DNA of 63,678 nt, the filler included, from Stramenopiles sp. TOSAG23-3 (lineage: Eukaryota): the NCBI GenBank assembly GCA_900128585.1. It is 4 parts of 4 records of this genome, joined end to end, with 100 filler letters (N's around TTAATTAATTAA, not from the genome) between each part and the next. Parts side by side here need not be neighbours in the genome. Positions count along the whole stretch, not along the records: positions 29,691 to 59,224 come from LT642236.1; 3 more parts are not named here. One strand, given 5' to 3'. The notes under the pieces are model-generated. The model saw only the letters and a program-made list of their open reading frames with translations. It did no database searches and had not been told where the DNA came from. A program made the translations under genes and the position numbers. Shown here in pieces: positions 29,693 to 40,724 of this stretch. How positions within the stretch are numbered: position 1 is the first letter of the stretch; every line of letters begins with the position of its first letter.

Positions 29693-32600
29693 GAAGCCAT
29701 ATTTACAGCCGGGGATCCCCTTGTCGAAGGGCAGGACGCTTTGAAATATACCGCTTGTCGTGATGGAGTCTCTTTATTTTATTTGCTTCGTAAATCTATA
29801 CGGACAGATCATCCATTGACACTAGAAGATATTAGTGAGCACATATTTAACTTTTTGATTAATAGCACGATTCGGAATTGGTCAGAGAGAGTACTATGGT
29901 TCTGCAATGTTTGCAAAATAAAATGTAGGGATGATGGTCTTTGTGGTCAAATTATTGAGTTAGTTCATTACGTTTCGAACGAAGTTTGCAAGAACGAACT
30001 ATTCCTAAATATACAAAAAGGTGTTGGAACCCTCATTAAATCGTTCCCGACCAACAATTATGTAGTTGGTGCTCTGCCGGACATATTCCCGTTCATACAG
30101 AATAACCCATCGTTTGTTGACAGAATGGACGTTTTAATAGCAAGAGATAGAAGGAATGAAACATCGTTGCTATGGGAGCGTACGAAGCAACTTTCCAGAC
30201 TATTAGTTTTGTATTTCCGAAATACTTCAGGTCATTTAATACGGCTGCAGAAGTCAACTCGAATTCAAGAATGTCTTGGAACTAATGCAAGGTCTATGCG
30301 AGCAGTAATTTCTATTTTTGAAAGAATTGATGAATCGATATTTCATGTATGTTGCAAATCCAATGTCGCTTCTGATCACTTAACCGATGGTTTCAAAGAT
30401 TTGTTTGAAAGTCGCGACAGCCTGTTACAATATTTACACAAGTCTTGCAACAGTAAGGTTTCATTATTGAGCCCCACATCATTGTTTTATTTGCGTCGTT
30501 TGGGGAAAACTATTAGATCAATAGAGAACAAAACATTACCCGGGATGCCATTATCGTGCAGAAAAATTTGGAAAAAATTGAATACCGCTGTAGCGTCGAC
30601 ATGTTCCATGTTCGTGGAAGACTTAACGGGAACACAAGGAATGAATTTATTTGTAAAAAATCGACTTTGGACGTATGGAGGACACCCAATTGTACCTGCA
30701 AACGAAAACTTGTACATCGCATTAGGAGTGCTTAAGAAAATAGATTGGCGAAAGCAAATTTCAGATATGGAAGCTCTTTCTATAGAGGACTTAATTGAGA
30801 GCAAGTCTAGGTTCATTTTCAATGACTTTGAGACTAGGAGAGAGTCCGTGCAAGGCATTTGCAGTTTAGAATGGGCAAGCTTAGGAAATGATAACACAAT
30901 AAATTCTTCAGTAATCACTGGCACACTGTCTTCCAAAACTAGCAACAAACGCACTGAATTAACAGACGCACTTAGTTCTGTTTCCTATAAATACGATGAT
31001 GGCCCTCAATTGTATTTTCAAACCGGCGATATCGCGATGAAAAATTTGCTGAAAGCTTGGGCAGATATTAATTTGTGGAGTTTGGCTGATGTAGAGTGTC
31101 TATGCCAAGAATCTAGGTTAGTTTCAGAGTTGCTACAATTACAGAACTGGGTGAATTTGGGAATATGTGCATCGAATCAGGAAGAAGATTTGTCACAAAA
31201 ACAGGAAGGGTTTTTGAAACAGCTTTTGATAAATTTGCAATCATTTATACACGCATCGCTTTCATATTCTAGTTTCGATTCAATTAAATTGAGCCCGTAC
31301 CAGCATTTACAGTGGTCTTTTGTTGAAAATCATAAGATGAAACTATTACATGTTGAGAAAATGTTGAGATTAACACTACCTTCGATTGTGCACAATTTTC
31401 ATCAATCTTTATGGAACGTTTTCACATTCGACACCAACAAAAAACAATGGTCTTTGCCTTACGAAAGTATCCCCAAGACTGTTCGAGACTCGCGCGAAAA
31501 GAATATCGATGAGATAGGAGTGGGAAGACTTTCTCAAAATATCTTGCACAAGGCCATGCGTATTGGTGGATTGAATGACATCAATGCCACTGTGCTTCTG
31601 GATGCAGAGGCAAAATCTTACTTCTACAAAAAATCGCTACAAATAAGCACAAACCGAACGGATTACTCTTTGACCTTTGAAACCTCCTGTCAATGGCAAA
31701 TGTTTCTGTCCACCATATGTTATTGCACCAAAAATATTGAATTGCGTGGCCGGGTTTTGCAATGGCAACGAGTCGAAACAAGTTGGAAAATTGTTTCAGA
31801 AACATTGCAAGAGTTTCAGGATTCTCGGTTAAAGAAAGCAGGGCCTAATTTAGTGTTTAAATGCTTCGAGTTTTTACATACACTTCCACCCCAACCAGAG
31901 TCTGTTGCCAAGGCATGGGTGTATCTGGGCCTTCTCCGTATTATGTTATTGCTTCCTTCGTCTCCATTGGATCCTTCGCAAAAGCAGGCATTGAAAAAAG
32001 AATCCAACAATGCGCGAAAAGGCAAACTGGAGCACATTTTAGACGTTAAAGAATCGTCTGAGAAAGTGTGGAGTGGAGGTATCGCAGCAAATGATCCATT
32101 AGCCGTTGAAATCAAAATCAGTTTAGAGAATATCTTCAATACGAACAAAACGCTCCAGGAAAAAATAGTTTATCGACCGTCACATGGCTCATCGTTTGTG
32201 GAATTGTATCATGATCTGCACTCAGCATCAAACAATTTATTTGGAGAGGGAAAAATCTTAGACATTTTCGACTATTTGCAAGAGAAAGCTTATGTTACAA
32301 AGTCCGTTGAATCTGTAGAAGAAACGTGGCAGTCTACTTCAAATCAGTTTATAAAGCAGACAAGCTCCAAATATGCCCCTTTTGAGGATGTGACGGTTCC
32401 CGTCCTTACAGCCATGTACTATGTAAAGCATGGTGTGAGACTCTTCGCACTCCATTGCAGAAACTCGCTTCATCATGGGGATAAATACCACGAATTATTC
32501 CAGAGTATGGCTTTGCTACCAAGTGAAGTGGTTACAAAACAACTGGACGCTAAGACAGTTACCGATTATAGCCATGAGTACAGAGTAGGAACTCTACACG

Positions 32601-35600
32601 TAGCACTACTGCGAAGCTGGCTACAAACTAGGGGTAAAAATAGGAGGCATGCTGCTAATACTGCACAATTACTACATTCTGTATTTTCGGAATATATAAC
32701 AGCATGGAAAGAAGAAAATGCGGCAAAGGAATCAGAGCAGGCCCAGTCCTCCAATATATACAAATTTAAAGATGACCAAACCAACGCTGAGCTAGTCGAA
32801 GAGAACGAGTTTAAATCTTTTTTCCCGACGATATATGATAGCGAGGCACAGGACGAGCTGCCTGATAAAAGTGCGAAAGCCAGTAAGAGAAGTGTTACAG
32901 TATCGGAAGAGGATATGGCCCTGATATGGAAGGTTTACTCTTCCAGCTATGATAGAGACACACTGTATCATCCGGACAAAATCAAACTGTTTAGGGCGAT
33001 GGCAATAAACCGCTCTGGGCAAATTTTATCCTCGCTTGTGACCAATAATGATTTTGAAACAGCGAGCAGAATCCCGTCTCCTGTAGCAATTTATACAATT
33101 TCAAAGCATGCAAATAAATTATCTCTTGTTCACGATGAATTGGGTAGCAGTTCGTTCGAAGAATTTCATTGGATGTCAAATCCCCAGGAGATTCTGAATA
33201 TAATGCCTGTATTGCACGGACTAATTTTCAAGGTCAAGAAGCTCCTGGACCTTTGGCCAGGGAATAATATACTCCTTGATATTGCGCGAACGGCAGATAG
33301 AATTCTTAGATTGCCCACGTCGTCCTCAATGTTTCAAGTCCTTTCAAAAGTTGAAAACTTAACTAGGGTGTGTCAATTGTGGCAGCAAGTAACGAGGAAA
33401 GAAGATAGTCTGAACATAGAATTATCATCTATTTCTAAACTCATTATAAAATGGAGGAAGCACGAAATTAACTGTTGGTCAAATCTCCTTGAATATCAAG
33501 ACAATTGTATGTTAAAGAAAGGACTAAAATGGTGGTTTCATCTTTATGGCCTGCTTTCAAACAACTCCTATAACGGTGGGAGTGAGGAAAACCTCTCTAT
33601 GAATGAGTGGATTGTAAAGGAAGCTAAACCACCAGTTGATTCGCCATGGAAAGATGTATATGATGCGTTAGATTCATTCATCAGGACATCGCCACTTGGG
33701 GAGTTCAGACTTCGCCTCGAAATGCTAAAGAGATTTAGTGACCAGTGCCACATGGAGGCAGAATCAAATTTTTGTCCAGCGAAGAAGAGAGTTGGCAACT
33801 TTTTATTCCATCTATGTCGTTATCATTCCCAGCACATTGCGCTTGTTGATGATTTAATTAAGACTAGGCGCCAACCAATGGAAAAGAAATTGATAGATCA
33901 CGTAAAACTAAGTAAATGGGATGAACAGTCATATTACTCCTTGAAAGAATCTGCTGAAAAATCTCACCGGACTCTGTTCCGAATTGTAAGAGAGTACAAG
34001 AAAATTCTGGAACTGCCCGTGGCCCCATTTATTGATCAACATGTAAATTCGAACGAAGGAGCCGGCGGAGTGGATAATTTTCAAGACCTGCGAGTAGATG
34101 ACACTCGATACAAAAGTGAACTAAAAAATCACAATTCAGAGGAATTGATTCCCAGGATGGACGATATAAAGTTAGACGGAAGCACTTTCCTCCCCCGTCT
34201 TCCTAAAATTTGCCATGTGATGAAAAAAGAGTTTGATCAAATTAGGAACGATGGGCTTAAAAACAACGCCCCAGACATATTTACTAACACGTTAATTTCG
34301 AAGTCAAAAAGTTTAGCATCAAATAACCACAAGGGCAACAATAAATTGATAAAAAAACGCGCCTTAGTTTTTCTCTTAAAGACTTTAAAAGAAGAAGGAC
34401 TGAAAAATGGCATATTGTCATTGCCAAAACATATGTTTGATTCATCCTTACTGTATGAGATATCCGTCGGAGAGGAATCTCTGTATCAGTTGGAACCTTT
34501 TAAATCCGCGGAGGACTATTTTTATAAAAACTTGTTGCACATGCAAAGGTTTCGTTTAAGTGCAACTTCAGCTGCTCCACACCCGGATATAAGTGGCCTG
34601 GAAGTAAAACTGATGAGAGGGTTTTCGGAAAATATTCTTATAATGGTATTGAGACAGCGTCACCACATTCTTGCGTGCCAAACACCATTCAAAACGATGA
34701 AGAATTATATTACTGCGTTGAGTTCCTTGGGTGCAAATGATATGATTTTAGGCGCGAGGGAGGCTATAAAGTACACAAAGATAATATGCTGTTGTAACGA
34801 GTTTCGGCAAAAATTAGAAGATTTTTTATTGGTTGCCAGCGAAATGCAAAAGAGCAACTTCAGCAACGGTCTAAAATCAGTTGTAAACGATTTGGAAGGG
34901 CTGTCAAAACATTTGGATGACGTTATTAAAGGTTTTGAAGGAAATTTTCTGCATGGTGTTGGATCGGAGAGCAAATCGATATTTATATATAACGCAAAGG
35001 CAGTTTCTCAGTTATGCGCGGCAGCTATACGTGTACATGAAACAGCAGATGCATGCACAAAAGTGCAGCTTTTTGCTGGACACATTTTGGACCCACAACT
35101 GCGTAAAATTGTAAGCTCTTTCAGGGAAATAATTACGTTGACTGCAGAAGACAACATCCCCAAAACCTCGACACAAAAAATTCCTGTTGCGGAATTCGAC
35201 GCATTTGTGTCTAATTGCTTAATTAAATTCCAAAATTGTAAGAAAGATGCCGCTGTGAAGGGTACGAAGACACTTGGTTCTTCCCAGAGCGTAGCCCTTC
35301 AGACATCAAAAACATTAAATCTTGAGGGCATTGTTATCGAGTTCGAAACATTATTGCTCAAGCTTACCTCTCAACCCGCTAATATATTAACACCGCTTGT
35401 CACAATGTTGTCTGTAAGCACAAATTGCTTTTCCGAGACCTTGAACAAATCATTGTACACCTACAGAAGTTTCAATAAGTTGCTCTATGTATTATTGAGA
35501 ATTTTTCGGACTCTATCAGCTCGAGGGTTTTGCTCCCCTCCTGAGGATGTCAAGAGCGAAGACGAAGACGGCGGCGATGATGGCGATTGCGACGGGACGG

Positions 35601-38167
35601 GCATGGCCGAAGGCTCTGGTGAACAAGACGTTACGGATGAAATTGAGGACGAAGACCAGATTTTGGGCCTTCAAGGAGAGGAGCAAAGTAAGGAGTCCGA
35701 AGATAACAAAGACGAAAAATCAGAAGGTGTTGAAATGAGTACAGATTTTGATGGTCAATTAGAAGATATAAACGACGACAAACCAGAAGAAGATGGTTCG
35801 GAAAACGATAGCGACGAGGAAGAAGTCGATCGGGAGATGAATGATATGGATGATGATGATATGGATGTTATTGATGAAAAAATGTGGAACGATGAAGAGG
35901 ATGACGACACCAAAGATCAAGATGAAAAATTTGAGAAAGATGCCCCCATGGACTCGGCAGAACAGGATGAAATGAGGGACGCTGCTGATGGTGATAAAGA
36001 CGAGGCTGACAACGAAGAAAACGAGGCTGGGGACGACGACGCCAAAGAAAAACTTGATGTCGAAGAAGGTGGGGAGTCGGACTTGGATCGGGACAAAATC
36101 AACGAAGCAGATAACGAGGAAGAAGCACACGATGTACCTTTACAGGAACAAGAGCAAGACGGTGAAAGTGACATCGAAGAAGAAGTCGAATTATCGAAAG
36201 AGATTCAGTCTGATGCAGAAAGTGGCGAAGACAGTGGTGAGGACGTAGAAAATGAGGATGTTGTAAACGAAGATGTTGTTATGGAAGACAGTCCGGACCC
36301 AAGTCTTTCCGGAGAAGATGACCCCAAGGATGGCGACGTTGAGATGGAAGAGATGGAAGACCCGGAACAAAACGACGAAGACGACAATAGCGACGGTGAA
36401 TTGCAAAAGCCACTAGGAAATGATGCGGCAGATAACATGGATGTTGACAACGCTGAAGACGATACGCAGATGAACAGCGCTGGTACTGGAGCCGCAGAGA
36501 CTGACTCCAACGATCCGAAAGACGATGAGACCCAAGCAGAAAAGGTTGAAAACGATGACGCAAAGAAAGAGAAGCCAGAAGATAATTCCGTTTCAAATGG
36601 AGCTAGCAATTCGTCTGAAATGAACGAAGATGCTAGCAACACTGGTGATTCATGGAAGCAAGCAACTTCGCCGTTTGAGATGCAAAACACCGAAAACAGA
36701 CAAAATGAGAACTCTGATCAAAACGAGCCAAACCCGTACCGAAACCCGGGGAATGCCGAAAAAGAGTGGCACCGGCGGCTTGACATGGTTGACGAGACGT
36801 TGCCGGAGGAGGAGGTGGAATCGGAAGTGAACCCTGTGAAGTCGGCTGAATATAAGTTTGATCAGTCAAATTTGCAAAGTGAGGATTTGGACCCTGTGAA
36901 ACAGGTGTTAGCCCCAAACAATGCTGAGCAAGCAGAGAAAGTATCCGAAGATATGGAGGCTGTCGATGAGGAAGACGGCAAACAAAACCTACCGTTGGAA
37001 GACACTGCAAAGCAAAACAAAGATAGCAAGCATAATGGGGAAAACGACAATTCATCAAAATCAGCTTGGTCTGAAACTGTAAATGAAGCCGAGACCAAAG
37101 AAGAAGACGACGAAGTTGACGAAAGCGACACCGAAACGACCTTTGCGAAAGATCAGCAACAGGAGAAAGAGGATGGCCCGGATGTTGTAGAAGGAAAAGA
37201 CACTTCTGATGATGACGAGAAAGACGAGGACGAAGTAGGTTGTGAACCCGACGAAAAGTTAAGCACTGCTCATGATGCGTCTTCGTCAACGAGAAATGGG
37301 TATGAACTGTATTCCGCCATGTCAGCAAAAACTGCGGAAGCGTCGTCGCGACTTTGCGAACAGCTCCGATTGATTCTTGAGCCTACTCTCACTACTAAAT
37401 TTTGCGGTGACTATCGAACTGGCAAGAGGATCAACATGAGAAAGATAATACCGTACATTGCATCGTCGTTCAAAAAGGATAAAATCTGGCTGCGGAGGAA
37501 AAAACCGAGCAAAAGAGAGTATCAAATAGCAATTGTAATCGACGACTCTAATTCTATGGCGTCTTCACAATCCAAGACAGCAAGCCCAGGAACAGTCGCA
37601 TGCGAAGCCCTTGTAACACTTGCAAATGCCATGACGAGACTGGAAGTTGGCGACATCGCTGTGGCATCGTTTGGCGAAACAACGAAATTTTTGCATAATT
37701 TTCAGACCCCGTTCAGTGTTGCAGCTGCTGCTTCGGCACTTGAACAATTTACATTTAGGCAACGAAGTTCTCCAATGACTGACTGCATTAAGTCAATACA
37801 CGAGCACTTTATTGACGCCCAAAAAAGAGGAGGGTCGAGACTTGTTGAATACCAACAAATTAGTTTTGTTGTGACGGACGCAATTTTTGATGATGATGCG
37901 AGGGAAAAGGTCCCCCATTGGATTAGAAAAGCAACGGAGCACGGTCAATTGATTGTAATGATTATGATTGACAAAGAAGGCGAGGGCACGCGAACGGGCG
38001 TTGCCTCTATTAAAAGAGTAAAATATGTGAAGGGTAAGCCGACTCTAGTTCATTATCTCGAAAATTACCCATTCCCATATTTCATTATAGTCCAAGATGT
38101 GGAAGCAATCCCAGAGGTGCTATCCGATGCGTTACGACAGTGGTTTCAAATGCTTAATCAGGATTGA
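29693..38167 (+). CDS. MDN1: Midasin (Rea1) C-terminal part: linker, D/E-rich region and MIDAS domain; 5' truncated at contig edge
   Basis: Frame open from the contig start; GFCSPP..GTGMAEGSGEQDVTDEIEDEDQ, LCEQLRLILEPT, GDYRTGKRINMRKIIPYIAS, IDDSNSM, LSDALRQWF. Confidence 0.95.
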   Translation, partial: EAIFTAGDPLVEGQDALKYTACRDGVSLFYLLRKSIRTDHPLTLEDISEHIFNFLINSTIRNWSERVLWFCNVCKIKCRDDGLCGQIIELVHYVSNEVCKNELFLNIQKGVGTLIKSFPTNNYVVGALPDIFPFIQNNPSFVDRMDVLIARDRRNETSLLWERTKQLSRLLVLYFRNTSGHLIRLQKSTRIQECLGTNARSMRAVISIFERIDESIFHVCCKSNVASDHLTDGFKDLFESRDSLLQYLHKSCNSKVSLLSPTSLFYLRRLGKTIRSIENKTLPGMPLSCRKIWKKLNTAVASTCSMFVEDLTGTQGMNLFVKNRLWTYGGHPIVPANENLYIALGVLKKIDWRKQISDMEALSIEDLIESKSRFIFNDFETRRESVQGICSLEWASLGNDNTINSSVITGTLSSKTSNKRTELTDALSSVSYKYDDGPQLYFQTGDIAMKNLLKAWADINLWSLADVECLCQESRLVSELLQLQNWVNLGICASNQEEDLSQKQEGFLKQLLINLQSFIHASLSYSSFDSIKLSPYQHLQWSFVENHKMKLLHVEKMLRLTLPSIVHNFHQSLWNVFTFDTNKKQWSLPYESIPKTVRDSREKNIDEIGVGRLSQNILHKAMRIGGLNDINATVLLDAEAKSYFYKKSLQISTNRTDYSLTFETSCQWQMFLSTICYCTKNIELRGRVLQWQRVETSWKIVSETLQEFQDSRLKKAGPNLVFKCFEFLHTLPPQPESVAKAWVYLGLLRIMLLLPSSPLDPSQKQALKKESNNARKGKLEHILDVKESSEKVWSGGIAANDPLAVEIKISLENIFNTNKTLQEKIVYRPSHGSSFVELYHDLHSASNNLFGEGKILDIFDYLQEKAYVTKSVESVEETWQSTSNQFIKQTSSKYAPFEDVTVPVLTAMYYVKHGVRLFALHCRNSLHHGDKYHELFQSMALLPSEVVTKQLDAKTVTDYSHEYRVGTLHVALLRSWLQTRGKNRRHAANTAQLLHSVFSEYITAWKEENAAKESEQAQSSNIYKFKDDQTNAELVEENEFKSFFPTIYDSEAQDELPDKSAKASKRSVTVSEEDMALIWKVYSSSYDRDTLYHPDKIKLFRAMAINRSGQILSSLVTNNDFETASRIPSPVAIYTISKHANKLSLVHDELGSSSFEEFHWMSNPQEILNIMPVLHGLIFKVKKLLDLWPGNNILLDIARTADRILRLPTSSSMFQVLSKVENLTRVCQLWQQVTRKEDSLNIELSSISKLIIKWRKHEINCWSNLLEYQDNCMLKKGLKWWFHLYGLLSNNSYNGGSEENLSMNEWIVKEAKPPVDSPWKDVYDALDSFIRTSPLGEFRLRLEMLKRFSDQCHMEAESNFCPAKKRVGNFLFHLCRYHSQHIALVDDLIKTRRQPMEKKLIDHVKLSKWDEQSYYSLKESAEKSHRTLFRIVREYKKILELPVAPFIDQHVNSNEGAGGVDNFQDLRVDDTRYKSELKNHNSEELIPRMDDIKLDGSTFLPRLPKICHVMKKEFDQIRNDGLKNNAPDIFTNTLISKSKSLASNNHKGNNKLIKKRALVFLLKTLKEEGLKNGILSLPKHMFDSSLLYEISVGEESLYQLEPFKSAEDYFYKNLLHMQRFRLSATSAAPHPDISGLEVKLMRGFSENILIMVLRQRHHILACQTPFKTMKNYITALSSLGANDMILGAREAIKYTKIICCCNEFRQKLEDFLLVASEMQKSNFSNGLKSVVNDLEGLSKHLDDVIKGFEGNFLHGVGSESKSIFIYNAKAVSQLCAAAIRVHETADACTKVQLFAGHILDPQLRKIVSSFREIITLTAEDNIPKTSTQKIPVAEFDAFVSNCLIKFQNCKKDAAVKGTKTLGSSQSVALQTSKTLNLEGIVIEFETLLLKLTSQPANILTPLVTMLSVSTNCFSETLNKSLYTYRSFNKLLYVLLRIFRTLSARGFCSPPEDVKSEDEDGGDDGDCDGTGMAEGSGEQDVTDEIEDEDQILGLQGEEQSKESEDNKDEKSEGVEMSTDFDGQLEDINDDKPEEDGSENDSDEEEVDREMNDMDDDDMDVIDEKMWNDEEDDDTKDQDEKFEKDAPMDSAEQDEMRDAADGDKDEADNEENEAGDDDAKEKLDVEEGGESDLDRDKINEADNEEEAHDVPLQEQEQDGESDIEEEVELSKEIQSDAESGEDSGEDVENEDVVNEDVVMEDSPDPSLSGEDDPKDGDVEMEEMEDPEQNDEDDNSDGELQKPLGNDAADNMDVDNAEDDTQMNSAGTGAAETDSNDPKDDETQAEKVENDDAKKEKPEDNSVSNGASNSSEMNEDASNTGDSWKQATSPFEMQNTENRQNENSDQNEPNPYRNPGNAEKEWHRRLDMVDETLPEEEVESEVNPVKSAEYKFDQSNLQSEDLDPVKQVLAPNNAEQAEKVSEDMEAVDEEDGKQNLPLEDTAKQNKDSKHNGENDNSSKSAWSETVNEAETKEEDDEVDESDTETTFAKDQQQEKEDGPDVVEGKDTSDDDEKDEDEVGCEPDEKLSTAHDASSSTRNGYELYSAMSAKTAEASSRLCEQLRLILEPTLTTKFCGDYRTGKRINMRKIIPYIASSFKKDKIWLRRKKPSKREYQIAIVIDDSNSMASSQSKTASPGTVACEALVTLANAMTRLEVGDIAVASFGETTKFLHNFQTPFSVAAAASALEQFTFRQRSSPMTDCIKSIHEHFIDAQKRGGSRLVEYQQISFVVTDAIFDDDAREKVPHWIRKATEHGQLIVMIMIDKEGEGTRTGVASIKRVKYVKGKPTLVHYLENYPFPYFIIVQDVEAIPEVLSDALRQWFQMLNQD

Positions 38168-38204
38168 ATCAACAACAAACACGGAGTATTATAAAAACAA
38201 ATTA

Positions 38205-38945
38205 TATAGTATGTTTTAAGACTCTCAAAAAAGAAAAGAAAAAAGAAGGTAAAACCGTTCAAGAACCCAACAAAAAAATGGCTGATATTTAAGGTAATTA
38301 AAATTTATCTTCCTCATATACCGCGAAAATGAATCTACTCCTTTTGTCCATTAAAGGTTTACGCTCCTTCATGTACTGCGAACTTATCTCTACTGTTGTG
38401 ATTTAGTAATCAATATGCCCTTGTCACTTAGTCTTGACTATCATTCAAAAACAAGAAAATTGGCTGTTGTTTAACTCATTTGTACTCCATGCATGATCCG
38501 AATCGGTGTGTGGAATTGCATCGATGTCAAAAGACCAATCGTCAACTTCCTCATCCAATGTCTCACTCGTAGATGAATCATTCCCTGTGTAATTTTCCAA
38601 GCAGCGGCGTGAATGTTTTAAAGGATCTCGTTGTCTGTCGTTAAATGAAAAGAAAGGCAAACATGATGCATGTCGTTAATGCGTTAAAACAAAATTATGG
38701 CTGTTATTTAAGAGTAATTAACGTATGATATGATATGTCCCATAGTGCGAACTGAATTCTAAAAAACAAACAAGAAAATTGGCTGTTATCTAAGTATTTA
38801 AGCGATAAGATAATTAAAACAAGAAAATTGGCTGTTATTTAAGTCAAGATAATTAAAATTAATGTACCGCGAACTGAAATCTAATGTTAATACGTTTCAA
38901 CGTTTAAATTTAAAAAAGAAAATCGGCTGTTATTTAAGTGAGTGA
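38205..38945. repeat. Cluster of an interspersed repeat family; about 6 copies of AAAACAAGAAAATTGGCTGTTATTTAAG plus internal element sequence
   Basis: Motif copies near 38273, 38447, 38686, 38768, 38816, 38912; 38480-38650 is homologous in reverse to 47030-47093 and 53856-53935. Confidence 0.75.
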
Positions 38946-39059
38946 AAATGAAAATTATACGCGTAACGCGTAATATTTTTTTTATAAAAAAATCTTATAA
39001 TCTCTTACTTTTCACATAAAATTCAAAATCGCTTCTCTCTTTTCCTGTTTTAATTCTCT

Positions 39060-40724
39060 CTACATATCGAAGGGATTGCATTTGCAAGCGATGGCTTGCA
39101 GCGCAAAAGAAAACGAACAGCCCAACACCAGCCCAAGTTCTAAGAAAAATGCCATCAGAGTCCCAGCTTTACTTGCGGAGCTGGGGGGAACATTGTCGGG
39201 ACCGTTCATCATTGCCGAGGATGCCAAAAATCCATTCGACATGGCCATTATGACCATAAACAAAATCGGGTACAAATCATCATCAAAATATGGCACCACA
39301 CCGTTTCCTGTCTTCGTCGTCTGCACGTTGCAGTTCAGAAACAACGGAACGAACACGAAACGGAGAATCGAGCAGAAGAACGTGCTGTTTGAAGAGAGTT
39401 TCACGTAGGCCGCACTTATCCGGCCAAGGGTATCGCCCGTATTGAAACATAAAAACGAGAAGGGTACCCATAAATCCCCGTAAAACCTCCCGGCCGCAGG
39501 GAGGCTTACGTTGTCTGGGTTCTTAACGGAACGGATTTCAGAGGTCACCCCAGGAAAAACACAAAGGGTCAAAAAGAATACAAAAAATACCGAGACCGCA
39601 TCCTTCCAAATGTAGCACAGTAGCTTACTCGCCGGTATGTTCGTCTCTTCGTAATCAACATCTCCCCCAGGGCTACCCGGGCTCGTGCAGGGACTGTCGC
39701 GGGGGGACTGGGAAGGCGATGAACGCCTGCTGTAGACGGGCGATTCCATTATGCTCCGTTGAAACGGAGGCACAATATTGTTCTCTTCTGCCCCCCCGAG
39801 GCGGAGCAACAACGGCGTTGTGTCCGGTACCGCCCGTTTGCCTTGAACGAGGGGAGACTCTTGGACGGCGACCCTGGTCTCGGCCTCTCTGGCCTGCTCC
39901 CACTGCGTGTCTGCAAATGCATAGTATTGGGCAAAATCCAAATGCGACATTAAATTGAAAGCAAAAAGTGTGATGATAATTACAATGGTGGCAACCAGAA
40001 AGTAGAAGAAGGCACTCTCCTGCACGTCGGCGAAGGACAAATCTTTGATTTCTGCAGGTTCCGCAAGCGTAGAAAAAATACTGATCAGCGACACGGAAAT
40101 TCCGGACATGCCCTGGCCAGACATCACAGCTTGCATGTAAACGTTGGGAAAGCGTCCGGCAAGCCCAAATATCCCGAGTTGAAGAAGGGCCGTGCAAATG
40201 CCACATACTATTACCGACCCACAAGTGATTAAAAACACGTCTTCGGCCGTGACCGTTCCAACCTTAACAAGTGCTGTGGTGCCCATCAGCACTATTGCAT
40301 TGATTACCATGGGCACCGCCACGCTAAATCGCATGTTGAACTTGTGCCCGTAGTACACAGCAACCCCCAGGCCCAGTATGTTTGCCACTTGGAACCACGT
40401 AGAAAACCAAAACGTGAACGTCTTCTCGTTCGGTGTGTGTTCAAACCGGTGTGCGTAGTAACTTTGTGCGGTGATATAGATGTTCCACGGAAACAACATA
40501 CCGAGCCCTTGGAGAAAGAAAATTTTGTACACCGTTTTGTTGTGGTCGATGGGGGGCAACATGGCGTTCTCGTCCATAAATTTCTCAATGTTAGAGACAG
40601 CATTCCCTGGGTTCTGACCCCCCCGAGCGTCTTCAAACTCGCGGAGAACCACGCGCTCCGTCACACCACCAGTGTTCGACCTGCCCCGTTTAACGTGGGG
40701 CGCAGAGCGTGCGTTTGCGTTCAT
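39060..40724 (-). CDS. Equilibrative nucleoside transporter (SLC29/ENT family)
   Basis: FFLQGLGMLFPWN, QAVMSGQGMSG, TLCVFPGV, FNTGDTLGR, SNGFLAS; about 11 hydrophobic segments; first ATG 40724. Confidence 0.92.
   Translation of the reverse strand: MNANARSAPHVKRGRSNTGGVTERVVLREFEDARGGQNPGNAVSNIEKFMDENAMLPPIDHNKTVYKIFFLQGLGMLFPWNIYITAQSYYAHRFEHTPNEKTFTFWFSTWFQVANILGLGVAVYYGHKFNMRFSVAVPMVINAIVLMGTTALVKVGTVTAEDVFLITCGSVIVCGICTALLQLGIFGLAGRFPNVYMQAVMSGQGMSGISVSLISIFSTLAEPAEIKDLSFADVQESAFFYFLVATIVIIITLFAFNLMSHLDFAQYYAFADTQWEQAREAETRVAVQESPLVQGKRAVPDTTPLLLRLGGAEENNIVPPFQRSIMESPVYSRRSSPSQSPRDSPCTSPGSPGGDVDYEETNIPASKLLCYIWKDAVSVFFVFFLTLCVFPGVTSEIRSVKNPDNVSLPAAGRFYGDLWVPFSFLCFNTGDTLGRISAAYVKLSSNSTFFCSILRFVFVPLFLNCNVQTTKTGNGVVPYFDDDLYPILFMVIMAMSNGFLASSAMMNGPDNVPPSSASKAGTLMAFFLELGLVLGCSFSFALQAIACKCNPFDM

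Noticed and set aside
38270-38945. CRISPR array
   Set aside because: Spacer lengths irregular, repeats degenerate and dispersed elsewhere, no cas genes, eukaryotic context.
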